23,706 nucleotides of DNA from Candidatus Eiseniibacteriota bacterium (GTDB lineage: Bacteria > Eisenbacteria > RBG-16-71-46). The notes beneath the pieces are model-generated. The model saw only the letters and a program-made list of their open reading frames with translations. It was not told the origin of the DNA and did not search any database. The translations under genes were made by a program, and so were the position numbers. This document shows positions 8,010 to 15,704 of the stretch, one piece after another. The stretch lies in contig JANLOX010000410.1 of assembly GCA_031366795.1 (NCBI GenBank), forward strand, positions 1 to 23,706, given 5' to 3'. The number at the start of each line of letters is the position of its first letter. Positions within the stretch are counted from its first letter, which is position 1.

Positions 8010-9908
8010 ATGACCAAGGGTGTTCTCGCAGTGCTGTGCTGTTTCGCCGTGGCAGCCTTCTCCGCAGTCCCCCATGCCCGCGCCGCCGTCCTCGACTCCC
8101 ATGAGTTGAGCCTGGATGGTGGTGGCAAGCTCATGTCCTGGGTGACGCCCCAGGATCATGCGTTCGACCGTGTCGCTTTCCTGTCGTGGGACCTGCTGCT
8201 GAACCGCATCCCACTGGATCCCGCCACCGGAGTCAGCGTGATCGCCACGAATTCCGAATACAACGCCGTCACCTTCACCGGCGCGCCGTGGCCCAATAAT
8301 CCCGCGGGCAAGAACGCCATGCTCTCGGATGCGGCCCGCATGTACTATGCCTACTCGGGGAACATGGAAGTCGTGACGCTGGTGCGCAGCCTGCTCGACC
8401 ACCAGTTGGTGCATGGCACGACGCCCGCCAACTACAATTGGGCGAGCGTGCCGTGGTCGACGGGAGCGGCCGGCTCCGTCAACTATGGCAATGACGCCCT
8501 GCGCGAAGGTTCAGGGGTGCTCGAGCCGGACAAGCTGGGTGAGCTGGGTTATCACGGCTACCTGTGGATGTATGAGTTCACGGGCGACACGCTCTATCGC
8601 AACGCCGCCATCCAGTGCGCCAACGTCCTCGTGTCCCACCTGCGCACGGGGAGCAGCACGCAGTCACCCTGGCCTTTCCGCGTCAACGCCCAGTCGGGTG
8701 CGGTCGTCGAGAACTTTTGCTCCGAGGTGATCGGCCCGGTCCGGTTGTTCGACGAGTTGATCCGTCTGAATCTCGGCGATGTCGCGGGCTACCAGGCGAC
8801 GCGGGCCGCAGTCTGGACGTGGCTGATGAACACCGTCATCCCCAGTAACTCCTGGTACAAGTACTTCGAGGATGTCCCCGTCTCTGGCGCGATGACGAAC
8901 TCGAACCAGTACAACGCCGGGCAGACGGCGCGTTACCTGCTCGAACATCCAGGGACGGATGCCAACTGGCAGGCGCACACCACGGGCATCCTCGATTGGA
9001 TTCAGTCCAACTTCGGCGGCACCGACAGCGGCGAGTTGGGCCTGCAGTACGGCGCGCGCGTGATTTCCGAGCAGATGGACTACAAGTACAAGATGGGAAG
9101 CCACACGTCGCGCTTCGGCGCCGTGAAGGCGCTATACGCAGAAGCCACGGGTGATGCCACGGCGAAGGATGTGGCGTTGCGCACCCTCAACTGGTGCACC
9201 TACATGTGCCGGCAAAACGGTGTCGTGATCGAGGGGCCGGCAGAGGACGCGCATGATCCGACCTGCTGGTTCACCGACGGCCACGGCGACTACATCCGCC
9301 ATTTCATGATTGCGATGGGCGCGTTTCCCGAATGGGCGCCCGCGGACGAGTCGCACCTGCTGCGCTCGACCTCCGTGGTGCGCAAGGTAACCTTCGCGCT
9401 GGACGGAATTGCTTACACGACGTTCGACGCCGCGGCGACGGAAGTCCTGCGCATGCGGCAGGCTCCCCTCAGCGTGCTGGCCAATGGCGCCCCACTCTCG
9501 CAGCGGCAGGATTTGCTGCAGCAAGGTTGGACGTACGACGCCGCGAGCGGCGTGCTGCGTGTGCGGCATGACGCGGCGACCGCGGTGAAGGTGGTCGTCG
9601 ACGCAACGCTGGGAGTGGCGCCGCGGCAGGATGAATTCCAGAGTCTCAGTGCCTCGCCGAATCCCTCACGCGGCCCGATGCAAATCGCCTTCGCGCTGGC
9701 CCACGAAACGAATATCGAAATGGCGATCTGGGATGTAAGCGGACGGCGCGTGCGTTCAATTGTTGCGACGAGCCTGAGCGCCGGACCGCACGAAGTGGCG
9801 TGGGACGGCCTCGATGCGGCAGGCCTGCGAGTGCGGCCGGGCGTATACCAGGTGCGGTTCAAGGGCGCGGGCCCTGAGATCGGCGCCCGGATCGTGCGAG
9901 TCGAGTAA
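8010..9908 (+). CDS. Paralog 2 of the same secreted alpha/alpha-toroid-like family with FlgD-Ig/T9SS-like CTD (632 aa from ATG 8010)
   Basis: Signal peptide MTKGVLAVLCCFAVAAFSAVPHARA. Colinear with 5805..7715, including an identical 30-aa block GILDWIQSNFGGTDSGELGLQYGARVISEQ. The CTD is ASPNP..WDVSGRRVRSI..WDGLDAAG..PGVYQVRF. Confidence 0.82.
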   Translation: MTKGVLAVLCCFAVAAFSAVPHARAAVLDSHELSLDGGGKLMSWVTPQDHAFDRVAFLSWDLLLNRIPLDPATGVSVIATNSEYNAVTFTGAPWPNNPAGKNAMLSDAARMYYAYSGNMEVVTLVRSLLDHQLVHGTTPANYNWASVPWSTGAAGSVNYGNDALREGSGVLEPDKLGELGYHGYLWMYEFTGDTLYRNAAIQCANVLVSHLRTGSSTQSPWPFRVNAQSGAVVENFCSEVIGPVRLFDELIRLNLGDVAGYQATRAAVWTWLMNTVIPSNSWYKYFEDVPVSGAMTNSNQYNAGQTARYLLEHPGTDANWQAHTTGILDWIQSNFGGTDSGELGLQYGARVISEQMDYKYKMGSHTSRFGAVKALYAEATGDATAKDVALRTLNWCTYMCRQNGVVIEGPAEDAHDPTCWFTDGHGDYIRHFMIAMGAFPEWAPADESHLLRSTSVVRKVTFALDGIAYTTFDAAATEVLRMRQAPLSVLANGAPLSQRQDLLQQGWTYDAASGVLRVRHDAATAVKVVVDATLGVAPRQDEFQSLSASPNPSRGPMQIAFALAHETNIEMAIWDVSGRRVRSIVATSLSAGPHEVAWDGLDAAGLRVRPGVYQVRFKGAGPEIGARIVRVE

Positions 9909-10115
9909 TCCTTGCGCAGCGCGCATTCGGGCTGCGCCATCGCCCTAATGCCTTGATCCCTGCAGCGAAGCGCCAATCCGCAACCGGCGCAGGGGCAACG
10001 CACTAGCCGGAATGCCCTGCCCGCGACCGCCGACGTATGTACGCCGGGGTCAATCGCCCCACGATTCATGCCGACAACATCCCATGCGAGCTGTGCTCAA
10101 CCGCGGGAGGTTGTC

Positions 10116-12815
10116 GTGAATCCAATTCGTGTTCACTCGCCGCTGCGCCACGCCAGGGGATGGCGGGCCGCATGGGTGTTAAGGTCGTTGAATTACGCGT
10201 TGGTGTTGCTGCCGGTCGCGGCGCGCGCGCAGCAGGTCGATGGTGGTCTCGAGGGCCGCGTACTCGACGCATCTGGCGTCGCAGTCAACGAGGCGCATAT
10301 CGTCGTCGAAGGACCGCAACTGCTGGGCCGACGCGATGCGCTGACCGGTCGTGATGGCAACTTCCGCGTGGTGTCGCTGCCGGTGGGCCGCTACTCGGTG
10401 CGCGTGGCGCATCTGGCCTACCAGACCGTGACGCTCGAACGTGTCACCATCGAACTCGGTGCCACGACGTCGCTGGGCGAATTGCGCCTGGAGGCCAAGG
10501 TGGTTGAACTGCCGAAGGTCATTGTGTCTTCACGTCGTCCCGCGATCGATCCCACGACGACCACCATGGGGACGACGCTGTCGGCCGAGACGTTCCAGGC
10601 GCTGCCGACCGACCGCCGCTTCCGCTCGATTGTGGCGTTGGCGCCGCAGGCGAACCCGAGCTTCACCAGCGAAGACGTGAACATCGCGGGCATGACGGGC
10701 GAGGGCAACTATTACTTCATCGATGGTGTCGACGTGACCGATCCCGCCATGGGCGGAACCAGCATCAACCTGCCGTATGACTTCGTGCAGGCTATCGAGG
10801 TCAAGACGGGCGGGTACGAGGCCGAGTACGGTCGCGCGCTGGGGGGCATCGTCAATCTCGTCACCCCGTCGGGCAGCAACGAATACCAGCGCCAGATGTT
10901 CGGCTACTACACGGACCACCGCATGGTCGGCCGTCCGGCGAATTCCCTGTTCGAGGGCACGGCGGGAGATTTCTCCGCCTATGATTTCGGCGGTAGCCTC
11001 GGCGGCCCGCTCGTCGCCGACCGGCTGTGGTGGTTCGGCGCCTACAATCCTACCTCCGATACGCGGGACGCCATCGTCCCCGGCCTCTCAACACACCAGA
11101 GCTGGGGCCGGGCGCAGCGTTTCGCGGGCAAACTTGCATGGCGCGCGTCAGACCGGACACGCGTGAACCTCACCGTCCTCGGCGATCCCGAGAGCCGTCG
11201 CATCGTGGGGGCGCCGTTCGGCATGTCCGGTCCGCCCGCGATGGTACTCAATGAAGATGCCGTGGTGGCCGAGACGCGAGATGGCGGTGCCGTGGTCGCC
11301 CTCAACGCGACGCATCAGCTGCGTTCGAACGTGATCCTCAAGGCGGCGTTGTCGAGCCTCGACAAGCGGGCGTGGATCACGCCGCAATCTGCGAAGGGCA
11401 ATGACGAGCCGTACTTCATTGACTTGGAGACCGGCACGGCCTCGGGCGGGTACGGCGCGGCGCAGAAGAACCGCCAGCAGCGGCTCGCGGGCAAGCTGGG
11501 TGCCACGATGTTCGTGGGGCGCCACACTTGGAAGAGCGGATTCGAGTACCAGGACAACGCCATCACCAACGACACCGAAGCCGGCGCCGGCAAGGCGCAT
11601 GGCGGCTGGATCTACCGCAGCAACGACAGCACATACCAGTGGTTCCAGGCCTACGGTGTCGGCACCGTTCACCTCCGGCTGCCCACGGCATTCCTGCAGG
11701 ATGCCTGGCGCCTCACCGATCGCGTGCGCGTGAACGCGGGGTTGCGCTGGGACGGCAACTACCTGGTCGACCGCTTCGGCAAGACGGCGCTACGCGTGAC
11801 CGACGGTTGGCAACCGCGGCTCGGGCTTGTGTATTCACCGGGCGCTCCCAACACGCACAAGTTCTCAGGCTCGTACGGACGCTACTTCGAGCAGTTGCCC
11901 ACGCAGTCGCCCGGCTACTACTTCTTCGACAGCAAGCAATTGTACATGAGCTTCAACCATGACCCGCGTGTGAACCCGACCGGGGGCGATACGCTCGCCA
12001 TTCAGGGTGTGCCGCCGGGTAGTACGACCGCGCACGGCGAGTACTACGACGAGTACTCGCTCGGCTATGAGCGCGCGCTGCAAGGCAGCATGAAGCTGGG
12101 AGTGCGCGGAACGCTGCGCAACATGGGGCAGGTGGTCGAGGACGCCTACAATGCGGCGCTCAACACCTTCGTGATCGGCAATCCCGGCGAAGGCGCGCTT
12201 ACGGCATTCCCGCGGGCGACCCATCGTTACAGCGCGCTCGAGTTCACGCTGGCGCGCACGGGAGAGCGCGCGGAGTGGGCCGCGTCCTATGTGCTGTCGC
12301 GCAATTTCGGCAACTACGCGGGCATCGTCTCGGGCAACGCCGGACCGCAGTTCGACTTCGTGGAGACGACCACGAACGCGACCGGATACCTGCCCAACGA
12401 CCGCCGTCATGTGGTTAAGCTGCAGAGTGTCTTCCGCGCGCGCTATGGCGTGACGCTGGGCAACACGGTGACCTGGGCGAGTGGGGCGCCGATCAGCGAA
12501 CTGGGCGCCATTCCGGGACTGTCGTACACCCGCTTCCTCAGCCCGCGCGGTTCCGCGGGACGCACGCCGTCGCTGTGGGACTGGAGCATGCGGGTCGCGC
12601 ATTCCGTCGGCCCCGAGGCCGAACGGGTCCACGCCAAGCTGACGCTCGACCTGTTCCATCTGCTCAGCCCGCGCCGAGCGATCCTCGTCGACCAGCAGCA
12701 CTACTACTCGGTCGACAACCTCGGCCAGCAGACCAACGAGAACCCTGCGTACCAGTCGCCGACCTTGTACCAACCGGCGTTCAACGCGCGTTTTGGAGCG
12801 ACATTCGCCTTCTAG
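10116..12815 (+). CDS. TonB-dependent receptor, Oar-like, with N-terminal carboxypeptidase-regulatory-like domain (899 aa from GTG 10116)
   Basis: RBS GGAGG at 10106-10110 lies 5 nt before the GTG. Motifs include LEGRVLDASG..GNFRVVSLPVGRYSVRV, plug VQAIEVKTGGYEAEYGRALGGIVNLVTPSG, FLQDAWRLTDRVRVNAGLRWD and PRLGLVY. It ends in a terminal Phe (GATFAF). Confidence 0.92.
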   Translation: MNPIRVHSPLRHARGWRAAWVLRSLNYALVLLPVAARAQQVDGGLEGRVLDASGVAVNEAHIVVEGPQLLGRRDALTGRDGNFRVVSLPVGRYSVRVAHLAYQTVTLERVTIELGATTSLGELRLEAKVVELPKVIVSSRRPAIDPTTTTMGTTLSAETFQALPTDRRFRSIVALAPQANPSFTSEDVNIAGMTGEGNYYFIDGVDVTDPAMGGTSINLPYDFVQAIEVKTGGYEAEYGRALGGIVNLVTPSGSNEYQRQMFGYYTDHRMVGRPANSLFEGTAGDFSAYDFGGSLGGPLVADRLWWFGAYNPTSDTRDAIVPGLSTHQSWGRAQRFAGKLAWRASDRTRVNLTVLGDPESRRIVGAPFGMSGPPAMVLNEDAVVAETRDGGAVVALNATHQLRSNVILKAALSSLDKRAWITPQSAKGNDEPYFIDLETGTASGGYGAAQKNRQQRLAGKLGATMFVGRHTWKSGFEYQDNAITNDTEAGAGKAHGGWIYRSNDSTYQWFQAYGVGTVHLRLPTAFLQDAWRLTDRVRVNAGLRWDGNYLVDRFGKTALRVTDGWQPRLGLVYSPGAPNTHKFSGSYGRYFEQLPTQSPGYYFFDSKQLYMSFNHDPRVNPTGGDTLAIQGVPPGSTTAHGEYYDEYSLGYERALQGSMKLGVRGTLRNMGQVVEDAYNAALNTFVIGNPGEGALTAFPRATHRYSALEFTLARTGERAEWAASYVLSRNFGNYAGIVSGNAGPQFDFVETTTNATGYLPNDRRHVVKLQSVFRARYGVTLGNTVTWASGAPISELGAIPGLSYTRFLSPRGSAGRTPSLWDWSMRVAHSVGPEAERVHAKLTLDLFHLLSPRRAILVDQQHYYSVDNLGQQTNENPAYQSPTLYQPAFNARFGATFAF

Positions 12816-13627
12816 CCGACGCGTCCGCTCAGGACCGGCACCATCCACACGGCATACCCGCGCGGGTCGCGGATGTTCGTGATCATCTGGTTGAAGTGGC
12901 CGATGACCTCGGCGACCGTGTAGTTTGAGACCTGCGCCGTGACCTCGGCGTAGCCGTCGCGCCAGGCGGTCATGATGTCGGCGAACACCGTGCGCGGGAC
13001 GCGCAACGTGTCGACGATGACGTAGTCCACGCGTATGTCGCTTACCCCAAGGTCGACGAGAATGCTGTAGGTATTGCGGCCGACGTAGAGATCGGTGCCG
13101 GTCGCCGCGCCGAACTTGGCGGGGATGTCGTGCCACAGCTGGCGCACGTCGTAGGGGCCGGCCTGGAAGTGCAGCATGTCGTAGTCCTCCGGGATCAGGT
13201 GGAGGCGTCCGCCCTGCTTGGTCACGCGCACGAGTTCCGCGATCACCCGGTCGGCGTGCGGAATCGAGTGGAGCACGTGCCGGCATGCGGTCAGGTCAAA
13301 GTGTTTGTCCGGCAGCCCCAGTTCGAACAGGCTGCGATGCTCAAACGTAAGCCGGGCGCCGATGGATTTGTAGCGATCGCGGGCAAGCTCGAGGTGGTGG
13401 TCGAGCAGGTCGACACCGAGCACCTGGGCCTGCGGGAACAACTCCGCCAGCCGCGACGATGCCTCCCCGGTGCCGCAGCCGCCGTCGAGAATGCGCAATT
13501 CCCCGGACAAGCCGTAGCGCGTGATCAGCTCGACCTCTTGCGGCCAGATCGCCAGCGTCTGCGCGGCGAGTGTGCGGACCATGGATTCGTCTGCCATCTG
13601 GTTCACGTGCGGATTCAGGTCGGTCAT
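12812..13627 (-). CDS. Class I SAM-dependent methyltransferase (271 aa)
   Basis: RBS GGAG lies 6 nt upstream of ATG 13627. Motif I is ILDGGCGTG, followed by VLGVDL, FDLTACRHVLH and ELVRVTKQGGRL. Confidence 0.9.
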   Translation of the reverse strand: MTDLNPHVNQMADESMVRTLAAQTLAIWPQEVELITRYGLSGELRILDGGCGTGEASSRLAELFPQAQVLGVDLLDHHLELARDRYKSIGARLTFEHRSLFELGLPDKHFDLTACRHVLHSIPHADRVIAELVRVTKQGGRLHLIPEDYDMLHFQAGPYDVRQLWHDIPAKFGAATGTDLYVGRNTYSILVDLGVSDIRVDYVIVDTLRVPRTVFADIMTAWRDGYAEVTAQVSNYTVAEVIGHFNQMITNIRDPRGYAVWMVPVLSGRVG

Positions 13628-13749
13628 CGGTGGCTCCGGTACGTATGAGGTGGCGCCGTTCAGGGGTTGTGCGCGAGCCCGGAACAACGGCCCGGCAGCT
13701 TCCGGGGCAGGTTAGCACTCTGGCAAGCAGGACAGGTTACACTGTCAGT

Positions 13750-14340
13750 ATGGCCCAGCCTTTGAATGATGTGCGGTTCCTGATCTCCGCCTCCCATGTC
13801 TCCCAGCTCGGCGTGTGCTACGCGGAGGTGGCCTTCGTCGGCCGTTCCAATGTCGGCAAGAGCTCACTGCTTAACGCACTGGTGAACCAGAAGCAGCTGG
13901 CGCGCGTCTCGAAGACGCCGGGCCGCACGCGATTTATCAACGTATTCCTGACGGGTCCCGACCGCTGGATCGTCGACTTGCCCGGCTACGGATTCGCGAC
14001 CGGTTCCGCCAAGGAGCGCTCGAGCTGGCAGGCGATGCTGGAGGGGTATCTCACGAAGCGGGAGACGCTGCGTGTGGTGTTCGTGCTGGTGGACGCTGAA
14101 GTTGGCCCCACGCCGCTGGATCACCAGATGATCGAATGGTTGCAGTCGATCGAGCAGCCGTATCGGATCGTGGCGACCAAGGCTGACCGCGTTAAATCCA
14201 GCCGCCAGCTGGCGCAGCGCCGTGATGTGGCCGTCGAATTGGGATTGTTGACGCAGGACATCGCGTGGGTGAGCTCGGCCAAAGGAACCGGTATCCCGGA
14301 GCTGCGCAAGGAAGTCGCAGCGCTACTGGACCTGCGCTGA
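13750..14340 (+). CDS. engB: Ribosome biogenesis GTP-binding protein YihA/YsxC (EngB), 196 aa
   Basis: G1 GRSNVGKS, G2 SKTPGRT, G3 DLPGYG, G4 TKAD and G5 VSSAKGTG. The likely start is MAQPLNDVRFLISA at 13750. Confidence 0.95.
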   Translation: MAQPLNDVRFLISASHVSQLGVCYAEVAFVGRSNVGKSSLLNALVNQKQLARVSKTPGRTRFINVFLTGPDRWIVDLPGYGFATGSAKERSSWQAMLEGYLTKRETLRVVFVLVDAEVGPTPLDHQMIEWLQSIEQPYRIVATKADRVKSSRQLAQRRDVAVELGLLTQDIAWVSSAKGTGIPELRKEVAALLDLR

Positions 14341-14688
14341 ATGTGCGCGCGGGTCGTCTATTCGACGGGCTTAGGCCAGATGTGCCCCGACTGCGGTGCG
14401 TCGATCACCGATTGTCGCTGCGCGCAACCGGGTGCCGCGGATGAGGCAGTCCCGCAGCACATCACCGCCAAGCTTCGGATGGAACGGCAGGGGCGTGGCG
14501 GCAAAATGGTGACGGTGATCTTGGGGCTGCCGAACAACACCGCCTTCCTCAAGGAACTCGCGGCGAAGCTAAAGGCCGCGTGCGGGACGGGCGGCACGGT
14601 GAAGGCTGGCACCGTGGAACTCGCGGGTGATGTGCGGGATCGCGTGCTGCCCTTGCTCGAAGCACGGGGCATTCGCGTGAAGGGGTAG
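14341..14688 (+). CDS. yciH: Translation initiation factor SUI1/YciH homolog (115 aa)
   Basis: VVYST, GRGGKMVTVI, LKAACGTGGTVK and ELAGDVRD match the YciH pattern. There is an N-terminal CPDC..C.C cluster. Confidence 0.92.
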   Translation: MCARVVYSTGLGQMCPDCGASITDCRCAQPGAADEAVPQHITAKLRMERQGRGGKMVTVILGLPNNTAFLKELAAKLKAACGTGGTVKAGTVELAGDVRDRVLPLLEARGIRVKG

Positions 14689-14706
14689 GCGCGCTGTTCA
14701 TGGACC

Positions 14707-14744
14707 CTCGGCCTGTGTGAGCGAACTCGCACGCGTAGGCCGAG
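14707..14744. terminator. Hairpin between convergent yciH and apbE (possible bidirectional terminator)
   Basis: Outer stem CTCGGCCT/AGGCCGAG and inner stem TGTGAG/CTCGCA with a CGAA loop. No clear U tract. Confidence 0.45.
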
Positions 14745-14762
14745 CCGCACGAATAGTCGAGG

Positions 14763-15692
14763 TTACGCCAGCCAGAACCTCACGCCCTGTTCCTCGAGGA
14801 ACGCGCGGGCGCGCGGTCCTTCGAGCGTCGCCAGTGTCGCCAGGGTTCCCGCCTCCATGCAGGTGTGCGCGAGCACGGTGACGGAGCGGGGCGCGCCCTC
14901 GACGGGCCAGCCGGTGATGGGATTCAGGATGTGCCCGAGCCGCTTGCCCTCGACCATCAGGAACCGCCTCGCGTCCCCGCTGGTGGCGAGCCCACCGCGC
15001 TCGACTTCCAGCTTGTAGGTAGCGGCCTCCCCGGTGCGTCCGGGATCCTCCACACCCACCGTCCACGGATTGCCGTCACGGCAAACCCCGCTGGCGAACA
15101 GGTCGCCGCCGAAGTTGACGAGGAAGGCCCGCTCCGTGGCTGCGGCGATCAGCGCGGCGGCGCGATCCACGGCGTACTCCTTGCCGATGCCGCCCAAGTC
15201 GATTTCCATGCCGGCCGGCATGGTCAGTTCGGGTCTTCGCCACGTGACGCGGTGCCAGCCGACGCGCTCAAGCAACGCGCTGACCGCCGCCGGGTCTGCA
15301 CTATGGTTTCCGCCATCGAACGTCCACAGGCGCCGGAGGACTCCCGATGTAATGTCGAACTTTCCGCCCGAGATCTCCAGGCAAGTCACCGCGTAGTCGA
15401 TGAGCTCTGCGCACTCGGCATCCATCACAATCGTCTGGCCGCCGGCATTGTTGATGCGGTGGACGATGTTGCCGGTGCGATAGCGGCTGAACGCCGCTTC
15501 GATCCGCGAGGCTTCCTTTGCGACGATCTGCAGCAGTGCAGCGGCCTCGGCCGCGTCGTCGGTGTCGACGAGTAGCTCACACGGCGAAGCCATGGCGGCG
15601 AAACGGCCGAGATAGTGCTGCGCGACCCGTGTCAGCGAGGGGGCAGCCGTGGGCGGCCCCTCGGTCCGTTGCGTTCGCGCGGCGGCAGTCAT
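14763..15692 (-). CDS. apbE: FAD:protein FMN transferase ApbE (309 aa)
   Basis: Motifs RIEAAFSRY, FDITSG, IDLGGIGKEYAVD, VNFGGDL, ATSGD and HILNPITGWP. Confidence 0.95.
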   Translation of the reverse strand: MTAAARTQRTEGPPTAAPSLTRVAQHYLGRFAAMASPCELLVDTDDAAEAAALLQIVAKEASRIEAAFSRYRTGNIVHRINNAGGQTIVMDAECAELIDYAVTCLEISGGKFDITSGVLRRLWTFDGGNHSADPAAVSALLERVGWHRVTWRRPELTMPAGMEIDLGGIGKEYAVDRAAALIAAATERAFLVNFGGDLFASGVCRDGNPWTVGVEDPGRTGEAATYKLEVERGGLATSGDARRFLMVEGKRLGHILNPITGWPVEGAPRSVTVLAHTCMEAGTLATLATLEGPRARAFLEEQGVRFWLA

Positions 15693-15704
15693 GGAGGATC
15701 CGGG

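Noticed and set aside
5805..9908. Paralog pair as a diversity-generating retroelement TR/VR or a recent gene conversion
   Set aside because: Differences are spread over whole genes and are largely synonymous rather than adenine-specific. There is no reverse transcriptase in the window.
10005..10023. AGCCGGAATGCCCTGCC resembles a cobalamin riboswitch B12 box upstream of a TBDR
   Set aside because: The AGGGAA, GCCACTG and GGGAAG core elements are missing upstream, and the receptor is Oar-like rather than BtuB-like.
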